This document shows positions 11,165 through 23,961 of a DNA stretch of 64,000 bases, piece after piece (the first letter of the stretch is position 1; each line of letters begins with the position of its first letter). The DNA is taken from the NCBI GenBank assembly GCA_028534125.1, contig CM052816.1, positions 36,024,001 through 36,088,000 of the forward strand, written 5' to 3'. This DNA is from Lama glama (lineage: Eukaryota). The notes beneath the pieces were generated by a model. It saw only the letters and a list, made by a program, of their open reading frames with translations, did no database searches and was not told where the DNA came from. A program made the translations under genes and the position numbers.

Positions 11165-14049
11165 AGCACTCCAGGGTGACTGAAGCAGAACGTGGTTTAA
11201 ATTTCACCAAGTGTGCTCAAAGCCAGATCCTCCTCAACCACCCACAAGTAATGAAATTCTGCACTCTTATCACCACGCAAACTGGTTTGACAACATTGCA
11301 GACTTGTTCCTTTAAAAAAAATGTCATTTAGTTAAGCAGCTGGATTTCCTTAATGCTTACATGATGCCAAGTAACCCGTACGACCTAATTTTGTTTTGTT
11401 TTGTTTTTAACTTTTTAACTGTTTCTACAAGCCACGTAGGCTATGGATTCATACTGAAATAGGAAGCATTCATTAATGAGCTTAGTTTCATAAGTTTTAA
11501 TATATGTTTCAACCAAAAGAGCTGTTAAAGCTGGTGGGATATTAAGAGTGGTGAGGTTTTAACACACACACCCTGAGGCACATTCCTTAATTTCTCAGGG
11601 TGTGATTGTTGAGACCTGGAAGATTTCAAAAGCACCCGAAGGAAGGTCACCTGGCACTGGGACCTTGCAGAATGGACTTTTAATGATTCCTGCTAGCAGA
11701 GCTTGGTTTCTTATCAAGTTACTTACTGACAAGTGAGGAAATACTCCATTCATTTTATTTTGCTCTGTGACTCATTAGCTTTATTTCTCATAAGCACCCT
11801 TCCCTTCCGCCTACAATCTAAAAAAGTTCTATCATTAAAAGCAATTTTGTTTTTCCTGCCTGCGGGAGACTATTTTCAACAAAATATGTGCATTTTGACA
11901 ATGTGAGTCTTGCCCATTTAAAGCTGTAAGTATAATTTCATTTTTATTGGGTGATAAACTTTCTCTCTGACAAAACAAAGGACAGTGAAGATTTCTTCCC
12001 TTTTAAAAAAATGTGATTTTGCATTTCTTGACGCGTTCTAAAGCACATTTTACATAACTCTGGTTTTAAAAAAAAGAAAGTTATATGGCTTTGTGTGTTA
12101 TCAGTTCTACAAGGATGTCAGTGGTGTTGAGCATCAAATGAAGCATAAATAGGTCATGAAAAGAGAACAAAATGCTGTGTTGCATCTGAAAATTGGGATT
12201 TAAAGGCCTCGTTCCTGTAACTATAATATGATGAATTTAGTGTAAAAAACTCAAAGCCTGGTTTTGATGTCAGCCTGTATGCATACATGCTTTTGTTAGC
12301 TTTTCTGATTATTTGTGATCTGCTGTACAAAGGAAAGGACCTTGGTCATGGGTCACAGATCCCTTTCCTCTTCGGCCTGGGAAAGACTGCGCGGTAACAT
12401 TTCCGAGCCCTGCCTCGAGGTCTGCTGCCCTTACTGCTCAGAGCTGGCTCTCCCTGCTGACTCGCACTCAGATTTTACTTCTGGGTCAGTAAAGCCAAAA
12501 CGTAAAGCTGCCTTGTGACCTGGCTGTGAGACGGGATTTTGCAAACTTTGGACATCCATGTGCCACTTGCAAAATTTTTGCTGTGTGCATGCCAGAATTT
12601 ACTTCATGTGTTCTGAAAAATAGACCCTAATATTTTTTACCTAATATTTTTTCATGGAAACTTTTTATCCCTCTCCCAAATATCCCTTTGCCATGAGTAA
12701 TTACTTGCCGTAAGTAAGCAAACAGGGCTTTGTTCCTGAAGTCTACTGTTAAAAGCAGAGCTTGGCTGGTGTTAGAGAGGTGTCTGACCCACTGGCAACG
12801 TACTGAGATTTTCTCCATGACGACTTGGAAGAGGGTTCAGAAGGGAATAATTTTCTCGTCATGTGATTCCTTGTTAATGCTGTATCCACATCTCACCTGT
12901 AGCTCCTGCAGTCCTGCTGGGGGTCTAGATCACTCACTTTGAAAATACTGCCTTAAGTGGTAAGATGGAGAGATACTGAAAGGGCCCCTCACTTGTCATG
13001 TTGTCCAGATTCCACCTTCATAATCATTCCTGTAGATTTATATTTCGAGTTTGTTCAGTAATTACCTATTTAAATGTAAATTACCCTGTAACCTCTTAGT
13101 AGTCTTCTAAAGATTGGAGCCTCAGTCTCAATGAGGAAAACCACCAAAGATGAACACAGGCTATAGAGATTCCATGACTGTGGAATAATAAATAAAACAC
13201 TTCAGATGAACGTACACTCTTTGCAGTTAACTTCAGGTTGTAATTTCTTCTTAGGGGTTGATCTCAGTCTCAGCTAGTCTCTCTTCTGTCCCTCACCCCT
13301 GACCGTGGCTGTCACATCGTCCACAACACGGATGCCAACACCACTGCACCTTTCCCTGATGGGCCACCCCAGATGTTGAAGGCTCTGTGCATCTTAGTTG
13401 CAGAACTCAGCACACTAACTTACATGATAGCTAGTGGGAGCTCGCCTCACCTTCTGCAGCAGACACCAAGTGAGCGCTGTGTAAACAGGAGATCTGACTT
13501 CATTGATTGCGAAAGTAGAAAAAAACGCGTGTCACAAGCAAGTTTCTTTAAGCTGATTTCGCAAGAATATTCCTCCTGCAACACTGCTGGGAAGGGTAGC
13601 ATCCTGTTCACCCAGATTTGGCCCAGTGACATCAGCTATGTTCCTGTGTGTATGAATCATTAAAACGGGCAGACACTGAGGCTCACTGAGGTGTGGGAGT
13701 AGGGAAGGGAATTTGGGACAGAGAAACCACTGCTATCATTTCAGCCCTGGTGCTCAGCTCCGCTCGAGCTATCTTTCTCCAGGCCCAGCTGCCTGGCTAG
13801 AATGTGTGGACAGGGAGGATAAGGTATTACCCCTGCAGAGCATAGCAGTGACTCCACACTGACTGCCTGCACCTTTGACACAGACTGTGGCTTAACACGA
13901 TTTATGAGCTGTGCATTGTCTGTAAATCCACCGTGGAACTTTGGTATCTTAGGGAAGCACTGGCAGTGCAAGGACAAACTGTTACAGCAGAGGGGTGCAT
14001 CTCTAAATAACTCAGGCACCGTCCCTGGAGTGATAGTTTTGTGAAAAGT

Positions 14050-14270
14050 GCTTTGAGGTCAGAAACACCTGGGATCAAGTCCTAGTCCTGCCATTAGAAG
14101 CTGGATGGCTTGATGTGAGTCAGTCAGCCTCCTAGTGCTCCAGACTTTCTCATGTAAGCTGGAGGTGATAAGGAGATCGTGGGTCTTACTTGCTGGATAT
14201 GCTAGTGGAGGCAGGGAGGTGGAGAGCATGCAGCAGTGTCTGACGCCAGTAGTCCTGGAACCTGGTTCAC
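14050..14270 (+). mobile_element. MIR SINE
   Basis: gtcagaaacacctgggatcaagtcctagtcctgccatta...tttctcatgtaagctggaggtgataa. Confidence 0.65.
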
Positions 14271-14629
14271 TGCTCTTTTCCTTGGTTCTTAGTGAGCATC
14301 TCAAGCCCTTTCTGGCTCAGACTGTGTGTGTATCTTTGGGAGTGCACCCCTCCCCCTTTTTTTTTCTCAAAATACTTAGGCATCATGACAGTACATGTGA
14401 AATAGGACATTTCTGCAAAAAAAAAAAACTGGAGATGGAGAGAAGAGGGTCATTATTAGTGTTCAGTACATTTCTGATGCTGCTGGGATGGATCTGCTTG
14501 GGAATAAACCCTTTGGTTGTTATTTAGCGACCTGTTTGGCTTCTGATTCTGCTGGACTTGAGTGCTCTCAGGCTACCTGCCATAACTTCGTGAACACCGT
14601 GGTTTTGCCATCACAGTGGCTCACGCTTT

Positions 14630-14763
14630 CTGTGGGGCAGTGGCAGAGAGGTAATTAGGTTTGTTTATGTATTTATTTATTCTTGAATGGAAGGACTAGG
14701 GATTGAACCCAGGACCTCATGCATGCTAAGTGCATGCTCTACCACTGAGCTATACCCTCCCCC
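14630..14763 (-). mobile_element. tRNA-derived camelid SINE (Vic-1-like)
   Basis: Minus strand reads gggggagggtatagctcagtggtagagcatgcac...gaggtcctgggttcaatccc (Pol III A/B boxes), then an AT tail aaacctaattacctc. Degenerate TSD tggctcacgcttt (14617-14629) / tggtttatgcttt (14764-14776). Confidence 0.88.
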
Positions 14764-16819
14764 TGGTTTATGCTTTATTAGGTAAAGCCACATGTTTGTG
14801 TCATGTCCTTGGAGGAAAGCAGTGGCCCCTCGCTGTTCTGCCCTACTGAGAGCAGCCCACCACTCATTGCTAGGATTTACCTGGCGTATCACTTCTTCTA
14901 GTCCTCTCCATAAGCTGCGATGGAACACGAACTAAGAATCGGAAAGAAATTACATTAGGTTGTCATCTTTGGTAACATTCAGCCATTATCTTTAGAGGCT
15001 GAAATGCTGCTGTTCATTCTCTCTAGGTACACAAGAAAAGATGGCTTTGGGAGGGACTCAGAGAGACGTGAAGGTGAAGCCTGGGATAAGCCATAATTTG
15101 GGTCACATTTGAAAATAGAGCTTTTCGGTCGCTGTTGGTAACCATTGGCCTAAGGAAAAGCAGTGGCTCCGTAACTTCTCTTGAATTGTTTTTCTTTAAA
15201 ACAAAAACAAAAACAAATAAACCTCACACTGAAGAGAACGTTTGGGTCACAGGTGTAAACCCTTAGGCTCTGCTTCCTCAGTGAGCTCCATGCTGGTCTC
15301 AAGGACAAAAAAGAAAGAGAGGAAAAAGTTCTGCTTGAAAAACAGATTTTCCTCTCCAGGCAGAGGGACGGCTGTGAGCACAGCCTCTGTCAGGACCTGG
15401 AGTCAGGAGGGAGGGTTGGAAGCAGGAGCCGTGGACTCAAGGTGTTTGTTTCTCCTCTCCTCTTTGCTGGCATGATGAATTTCACTCGTGGATTTAGTTT
15501 TTGCTTCAGAGTTTTTTCTCCATGTGATAAGTGAAGGTCAGCTACTTGGGGATTGGTAGTTAATTTGAGCCTATGGGCACCTCCTCTCTTGCCTGGGATT
15601 CTATTTGTAACATTTTGCTCTGTGGGTTTAACTAAACTGTCAGGACGGTGGAGGGTAAGTGATTAGAGTTCATGGTAGAAAGCTCAGGCCGGAAATGAAA
15701 CCGTTTGCCACCCCAGAGAAAAGAATTGTGGCAGGGAAGGAGAAGCCTGCACCCGGAATCCTCCGTGATGCTTTGTTTTTCTGGAAAATGATGTGTGGAA
15801 TTTCTCCCTTGTCCCCTGGGGACGTACTAACGGTAGATTTGGAAGCAGCGTCACCTGCGTGGTTTGTCCCCACCTTGGCGAGAGCACAGTCTTGCTCCAG
15901 TCCCTCCTGGGTAGGATTGTCTCAGAAACTCTCATCAGAAGTCATCTCAGGGCCAGCACTGTGACAAGGGTGATGAAGGGTGTAGGGACAGGCTGAGACA
16001 CAGAGACCTGAGGACAGCGGAGTGGAACAGGCCACCTCTTGGCTGATACGCTGGCCCTGGGGCTGAATTAAAGCTAGCCCAGTCTCCAAGGTTAGGAGCT
16101 GGAGTTTGCCTGAGTTATCTCCTTCCTCCTGTTTAAACCTCATAAAGTTCCTCTTGCCCCCTTTCTGTATTCATTGCTTCTGGCTCAGAGATTGATATTA
16201 CAACTTCCCAAAAGCTGTCCAAAGTTTTAAAATTATTTTCTTAATGCTTTCAACCATTTTCTTTGCTGCTGTCACATAAAGTAAACCTTGCTCTAATGTG
16301 AGGTGGTTGACATTGCCTGGGACGTTCTCACAATCAGATGCTTAGAGCTGGGGGCGGGGTGACTTCACGCCCTTGAAGTCAACATCAGCACCTTCGGGTC
16401 ATCCTTGAAAGGAAGCAAAGTACATAGACAATGGAAAGAAAGGATGTGAAAGCATATGAAAGAATGTAGAAAAGCTCATTCTTAATGAATTTTAATTGAT
16501 CACAAGAAAACTCTTCGAGCAAGAACTTCCCCACATTAAACAGTGGTTTAATTTTGCTTGTATCTTGAGTTTTCCACTTTTTTGATTATCAGAATTCTTC
16601 TAAGCCCTCAAACAGATTTTAATTTTTACTTGCTTTCCAAATTGTTTAGGTCAGTTGTTTTCACTGAGAGTCACAGTGTCTCTCACTGAATCTTGGTGCT
16701 TTATAAATTATACACATGTACACACACGTATGTTTGTGTGTCGTAAATGTTTTTTGGGGTAATCTTGGAAGATAATCCTGAAAATAGCGAGATGTGGTAG
16801 CTTAGCTTTTTCATTCCAG

Positions 16820-17050
16820 TATTATTTTCTGATTATAAAAGAAATACATTATCACTGAAGAAAATTAGAAATATATATATTTTAAGTGCACTTATGAAAA
16901 TAAACTTTATAATACTACCAACCAGCGTTGATTTTATATATTGAGTTTGAGATACATATATGTGTGAGTATTTTAATGTGATCAAGATTATTTTATATGT
17001 TGTAATCTGCTTTTTTATTTAGTGATATGGTAGTTATTTATTTTACTAGA
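16820..17050 (-). mobile_element. Ancient L1 (L1ME-like) 3' end
   Basis: ttttctgattataaaagaaatacattatcactgaagaaaattagaaa...aaaataaac...taccaaccag resembles the reverse-complemented L1ME terminus. Confidence 0.6.
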
Positions 17051-18049
17051 TCAGTGACCAAACTTAACTTTCTCAAAATCTTTGGAGAATGATTGTGGTT
17101 ATATTTTGGAGCAAAATAAAAAGTGTGCTGCCTTTGAACTAAAGCATGTAGGACTAGGGCCCCCTCCCCAGTGTGGTTTTAGCACCCTCTCTTCATAGAT
17201 AAGGAAACTGAGCCTCTAATTCTTTCTTTCTGCCGGCCCCCTCCCACACAAGCCATCCTTCCCACCGCTTCTGAACCCCTTTGGCTCTTCACCCTTTGCC
17301 GTGATGATGACAACCACCTGGAGTTTTGGAGTGTGAATGTGTGTGTCCTGGCATTTTCAGGATCTCTCCAGAGATCCCAGGGCCTAACAACACACCCTGC
17401 AAACAGAACATTCTGAAGAGCTGCAGGAAATCATTGATCAAGAGGTTGGTCTGTGCAGGGCACATCGGAATTGAGTTAGCGTGTAGCCTGAAGCAGAAAG
17501 TGCCCGGCTGCTTTCATGGCCCTTTGAAAACATGTATAAGTACTTGGTGAGAACTTGAGAACTCAGTTAAGCTGCCTTTGATTCCAAAGATACCCCCAGG
17601 GCCAGTGAATAAATTACAGATGGGTTTTTTTTTTTAATTTTTACTTAATGCCTATATTAAATAATTGATTTTTTATGAACCAACATTACTAAATAAGTTA
17701 ATCAAGTTATTGCTGGATTTGCTTAATTTTCCCCACTTTTTAAAATAATGCCTTGTTTAAAGAGGTAATAGCAGGATCCTTTGTTATTGTATAATTGAAC
17801 ACTTTTGACTGATAGACACAATACTGCGTCAGTATAAGCTGTTTCATGTCTGTTCGGTTGGGTGGTGGTTCACCTTTCTCCCCTGTATTCTCTTGCCTAG
17901 ATTACAACCTGTAGAAAGGGTCTTTTTCTCTGTATTTAATATCTGGCACATAGGGCCTCTCTTTAGGGGTGTATCAACTGGATTCTCAAAGATACTATTT
18001 GGAGCTTGAACTCAGTGACTTACTAAGTGGTACCTTTGTACCTTTAAAG

Positions 18050-18170
18050 AATTCTGTTGAATAGCTTTCTTGCTATCCTTAGGCAAGTTCAGTTTCTACA
18101 TCCCTGTACCTTGTCCTTGCTTCATCTGAAAAATTGCGTAGAACTACGTGTTGTAATTATGGGTATTTTA
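18050..18170 (+). mobile_element. MIR fragment
   Basis: ccttaggcaagtt...cttcatctgaaaaattg core-like motif. Confidence 0.5.
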
Positions 18171-19804
18171 ACCTATGCTTTTTCTTGCAATCTCTTTTCA
18201 GAAAATCTTAACCTTCCTTGTTCTTTGATGTTTTACATTTCAAGGTCTCCCAAAACCTGGGAATTGGAAGAAACCTCAATGTCCTGTAGTCTGATTCCTA
18301 ACTCTTTCATTTAAATGGGCAGGTGGTCAGAATTTGAAATTTCTACACTCAGAAAACAAAGAAACATGGGACAAGTTTCAGAAATAAGGGGCTGCTTTTT
18401 GGTTTTGACAGCTACACCCACCATATTTGCATGACAAATGTGGAATGAATACAGAGTATCCTTCTGTTTATCTCACTTGAATACCCTAGGATATTTCTGA
18501 AGGAGGGGTTAGTCAGAAACTCATTTTCTCTTGTTTTATTGACTTAGCTACATGCCTCTTAACTGTTGTAGACACCCATAAGAAGACACAGCTTTCCTTA
18601 GGGAATCTGAAATTGATTAGCGTCTCTGATGAGCCTTCAAGCTTCATGATTATGTTGGCATCATTTTCTCCTCATCTTCCTCCTCTTCTTCCTCCTCCTT
18701 TTTTTGGTAGAGAGAGGAAGTGGGTCAGCTCTATGCCAGTTTCAGCTTTTTCCACATTTAAAGTTACAAAGTCTGAGTTTGCTCAGATTTGTTTTTTTAC
18801 CAAAAAAGTAAAAAAAGAAAAAAATGCAGCTGATACCTTCTCTTAAGAATGAGACTTTACTCCATCAAGTTTTCAATAAATCAGTTACACTGATATGCTT
18901 GCTGTGTGACAGACTGCAACCGAACCTCATTATTCATACATGTCTGTGTGATGTTACTGAATCAATTTGTGCTGTATCCATTTTGCACTCATGGATAGTT
19001 CACGGTCCCTTATGAGCAGAAATAGTCAGCAGGCAATAATAGAAGGCACGCAGCACAAATGTTGGGACCCATAATCCTTTGCTCTGTGGTGCTGGGTCCA
19101 TTTTGAAAATTCATTTTTAGTGTCTTTTTTTTTTTAAGTTCTGGTCTCATCAAAATGAGTATGGCATCAGCAAAATAAAAAAGCAGATACTTTCCAAACC
19201 TTAACTAATTTTCCTGCTTTTATTCTAAAAATGATTGTCCAGTAAAAGGGTCTCCATCCCTTCTGAGGCGCAGAGCAGACTGTTCCTGCACACGGTTCCT
19301 TATTGGATCTCATAGTCGTCTATACAGCACAGTAGCCTGTCCTGATTCAAAAGATGGCATGAAACCAGAAAAGCCAAAACTGCACTTCAAAATGTTACCT
19401 TTGCTGCTACGAACAGTTCATAAGGATAAGGAACTAAGTGGCACAAAACAGAAGACAGGATAAGAACCGGCGGGGCACCCCCTGTAGTCGCCCAGGTCGG
19501 CGGGTGCTGGTGTCCTTCGGCAGCTGGAGAGGGAGGGCTGTGGCTGTTACAGCAGCGGGCCCACGTGAAGCATCCTGTGGGGCCCTTGTCAGCAGATGTC
19601 CCCTTACCGAGATGCGCTGCGAGGTGAGGGCCCACCCATCGCACGCGGGTCTCAGAACCCACTCCTGCCTGTGCTGTTGCTTGACAGCTCGATTTTGACC
19701 ACTCCCCTCCTAGACTTGTGTGTCTGTGATGTCTCTGAGGAAGAAAATAGTAACCTCACAGGGTCTTCAACTCTTTTACACTTACAGAACTCCAGGAGAG
19801 GATC

Positions 19805-19975
19805 TTTGTAATGTAGTCCTGAAACTCAGGAATTCACTCTACTCTGAGCTCAATCATTAATACACTTGGTGATCTTGTTGAGTGAGTCCATCTCTCTGGG
19901 CATGTTACTCGGCTGTAAAATGTGGACACAGGGTGAATGATCCCCAAAGAACCTCTAAACTCTAACCTTCTATTT
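19805..19975 (+). mobile_element. MIR (MIR3-like) SINE
   Basis: gtgatcttg...ctctctgggc...ctgtaaaatg...tgaatgatccccaaagaacctctaaactctaaccttctat. Confidence 0.6.
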
Positions 19976-20689
19976 GTTTGTAGGAAAAAATAGACTTGCT
20001 GTTCCCCTGGGCATTTCATTTTTGTGTGTCCTGAGCATTAAAAAAAAAAAGTGTTCCAGTTGATATTTGCAGCCCTAAAATAAAACACTGTTAATTTAAA
20101 ACATTAATTTAAAGGAAAGAAAAAAATGTTTCTTAGGTCAAAGAATTGTCAGATCAGCATTTACAGAAAAGTATATTTCAATGTCAGGGTAAAAATTTAG
20201 ACTACATCTAAAGTGCCTTTGTAAAGAATCAGACTTTTAAATAAAATCTAGAATACATCTATTTAAAAATCGGTAATATCTTGAAATTTTCAAAGGAAGA
20301 TGAAAATTATTCTGGTTTTTTCCCCCTGGTGAACAGTGGGTGATGAATGCTGAGTTTCTGTTGCACATAATGAAGAGGCAATAAAAAAAAATATTGAAAA
20401 GCTCACTCTTGCATAGAGAGACTTGGTCCCTTTAACAGATGTTTTAAATGGGGTCGTGAGGTAGAGGGAGTTTGGTGCTTAGTCCCCTTCTGATCTCAGC
20501 AAGTAAGTCATGATGCTGACCCACACTGAGATATGTTCCAGCACTGTTTTCGACGTCACAAAATTGCTATGAGCCATGGTTTATTGTCTCACTACTTCCA
20601 AAAAGGCTCACGTAGCTCCGGCCCGGACGTCCTGCTGTGCCCTCTGTGCCCTTTGCTCCCCTTGTGGAGCCCGCCCCACCTAGGTCGCT

Positions 20690-20928
20690 GCTGCTCACTT
20701 GAGGGAAGCCCTCTTCAGGCCTTGCCTCCGGGAAGCCTTTTATCTCCAAGGGTGGACTTGGGATCCCGTCTTTACATCTCAGAATATAATTGCAAGTTTG
20801 TGTGTCTGTCCCCCTGACTAGGCTGAATTCTGTGAGCCCAGGAATTATAACTGATTCATCCTAGGACCCACGTCCAGCTTGATACCTACCGCTTAGGTAG
20901 AGCTCGGTGAAGGCTTTCGACTGACTGA
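20690..20928 (+). mobile_element. L2 3' end
   Basis: cctccgggaagcctt...gtgtctgtccccctgactaggctgaattctgtgagcccagg...taggtagagctcggtgaagg...gactgactga. Confidence 0.7.
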
Positions 20929-21091
20929 TGAGAGGCATATCATGTGAGACCATTCAAATACTGATAATTTTTAAAATGTAAAGAGGTCAGGGAAAACAAG
21001 TACATCAAAGGTAATACCTTACTCCTCTTGAGCTCTAAGCTGCCTGCAGCCAAGCCCAACAATAAATATAATGTGAGCAAACATAGTAGAA

Positions 21092-21330
21092 AGCAATGTG
21101 GTTTAGAAGGAACAGCATAGGGTTTGGAGGGAGAGAGAGGGGGCTTTGAATCCTGGCTTCACTGTTTGCTCATGACCTTGGGCAAGTTCTAGGATCTTGC
21201 TTCATCTCCTTTACTTCATCTGCAAAATGGGAATAACAGTACCTACTTCATAGAGCTGTTCTAAGGAATGGACAAACTCAGACATGTGCAGTGACTACAG
21301 TTACTGCTTGGGAGTGAGGTGGTTGAGTCA
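21092..21330 (+). mobile_element. MIR SINE
   Basis: tttgaatcctggcttcact...tgaccttgggcaagtt...cttcatctgcaaaatgggaataacagtacctacttcatagagctgtt. Confidence 0.85.
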
Positions 21331-23898
21331 CTGTGGGTTTTTTTTTAAACTTGGTAGACTTTACTTTTCAGAGCAGTTAACTGTTGCATGTGTGTGTATG
21401 TGGTTATTTTTTAGAGTTAACTAGATAACTTATTTAAATTGCATGCTAAATATATAATTAATTGGGTCAGAGGTCAAGTAAAGTACCTTTATCTCTAAAG
21501 ACTATCCGGTCATTTTCTGTCACCCCGTGGGGTGCAGTACCAGGTGGCATATGAACTTTCTCCTGGAGAAGATGATTTGAGACATAACAGGTCAGTGTGA
21601 AAGTTAAAGCAGGAAAAATCATAAGAGTTGGGTTTCTTTCAGTAGCATTTGGAATTCAGAATATATACAATTTTTAAATGTGTTTTAAAAAAAAAAAAGG
21701 CGGGGGCAAAGTTTTCAAACAGAGTTGAGTGGGTCACTGGGGCTGTTCACTTGGTAGGTTGACAGGAGGGCCTGTGAGTTTGTGGCCCCAGCTGACCCTG
21801 GGCAAAGAGGAAATCAATGCAGAACATGTGACTTACCAAGAGGGAACACCCGACTGGAAAAGCACAATAAGGGTGAAGGGAACAGTGGGTAAGGGCTGCA
21901 CAGAGAGTCAAAATGGACATCCTGGGTCATGTAGATTCTTGAGAAGCTCTCTGAATATATAAACAGCATTTGCCCTTAAAGGAAATGGATTTTAAAAGCC
22001 CACAGAAAGTTCTTTTAGGGCCATGATTAATGAGTGGAAAGCTAGAACAGCCGAGGAGCTCACTTGGACAGGAGGTGGGTGAGAGCAGTGACGGGGCAGC
22101 CCCCACCCAAAGCAACAGCCAGGCCAGAATGATTTGCTGGGACAAGTGTGGCTTGCTTGACTGATACAGACAGATACCCCAACCCCCGGCACGGTTGCAG
22201 CAGCGTTTGGTTTCAGAACGTCTCTTCCTAAAATGGAATACTTTCCAGCTCTCTAGAGGCTTCGCAAGAGCTAAAAAGATTTTGCTTCTGTTTACTGGGC
22301 TGCTACACCTGCCACTTTTTACACCTTTACCTGGATGGAAAGCACTGTCACCCACTGCTTTGCATGTTCGAGCAAGCCTGCTTCGATGGATGACAGTGCA
22401 GGAACAGCTGGCTTCTTCAAGAGCTGATTTGCGCTGCCATGACGCTACCTAAACAATCATTACTTACTTGTGCTTCCTTCAGCGCTTAAGCAAGTTGCAG
22501 CATGTTAGAAAAGAGATACTGGGAAATGGCCCAGGGCCCTGGGATAAAAATACATGTCACACCCTAGTTAGCGTAGGTGAAGTTAACCTGAGACTGATAT
22601 GTATGGACCCCTCCTTTTAGGAGCCTAACCACACCCTCATCACCCCAGAGCTCTGAATGGGCCTTCTCCATGTGGAATGTGGACCTGTAGCCAGCCCCCA
22701 GTTTCCTAATTCTTTTCCAATTAAGAGTTCGAAGTTAAAGGGACAGTTACTGTCTCCAACTTGGGTCTGTCAAAGCTAACACTGTGTTAAACAGTGGCAG
22801 AGTGCGGAGCATTTCCCGTCAGTGGAGGGCACTTCACTGCAGGAAGTACTCAAAATCAGAAGTTTGGCTTCACCCAGTCAAGGCAACTGTGCATTGAAGT
22901 TGTTCTGAACATATGCTAATATTAACCAGACCAAAGTGTTAGTTTTACAGATCATTACGATGCTTGTGAAGAATAATTAGCACTGAGTAAAGTGGAGAGA
23001 ATTACCCATTACCGGGTATTGCAATGATGAGCTTTAACAGCAAAGAAAGAGAGACATTTGGGGTGTCTTATATTACATGCCTGTGTGTTGTCCTAGCGAG
23101 AGGGAATCAGGGTAGGTTAAAGGCAGTGAGGCGCTTTCTGTCCTAATCTGATACAGTGTTTTAAGTAATTTGTCTGTTGAAAGCAGTGTCCACTTCTGAT
23201 ATTTAAATGTAGTATGTTGGATCTTCCCTCAGTTAAAGCTTTTCAAGGAAAATGTTGGTCAGATTTGAACACCACATACTCATGAGTTCCCAGGGTGGCT
23301 GGTTAGGAGCTTATCCCACAAAGAATTTAAAAAATGTGCCAGCTTAAGGAGGTCAGAGGCTAAAGCATGGAGGTGTTTAATGTGCATTTTTTTCTGTCTC
23401 ACTAATAGACTGTTGACATGGGTCTTTTGTGACTTCCCTGGCTAACTAAATATATTCAGGATCTGAGCAAGGGGAGGAGCAGACTGCTCACATTTCAGGA
23501 TATAAGGTTTTGTTTAATTTCAGTCAGTCATTTGTTGATGGCAAGTACACCAGATGAAATGCCTCCTCCGAAGGAGCACTGAGATCTTTGGGTCTGTGTG
23601 TATAAATCATCTTGCCTGCCAGGACATCACATCCAGCAAAGCCTGTTGACACTGACAGGGACCAGCTGTGTAAGGCCACGGCCAAGACATTAGGTTTTGA
23701 CATCTGCTGACTGACAGTTACATTTGGAGGCACCAGTCAAGGGTTTGAGATTTTGTCGAGCCCGTCAGGTAGATGGTAATCGCATTTAATGTTATCACAT
23801 GTCTTTAAACACTTAACCGAAGATAAACCCACCTCTGTTCATGGACTTGAGCTCAAAATAACCTAGTTTTAGCTTCTTCAGACTTAAACACTTCGTGT

Positions 23899-23961
23899 GC
23901 TCTCGCTCTCGCTCGCTCGTGCGCTCTCTCTCTCTCTCTCTCTCACACGCACCCTCTCTCA
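23899..23961. repeat. Compound (CTCG)n/(CT)n microsatellite
   Basis: gctctcgctctcgctcgctcgtgcgctctctctctctctctc... Confidence 0.85.

Noticed and set aside
12530..12950. Possible hAT-Charlie element (ends resemble ...gcaaactt / cactttgaaaatactg)
   Set aside because: Only the termini are suggestive; could not assign with confidence by eye.
14690..14763. tRNA gene (also 43782-43855)
   Set aside because: A/B boxes are present, but each is followed by a SINE-specific AT tail and TSD, and the cloverleaf is degenerate. These are SINE heads.
21927..22452. Cluster of 66-142 aa ORFs
   Set aside because: No recognisable homology, splice context or start context; lengths are expected by chance in 64 kb.
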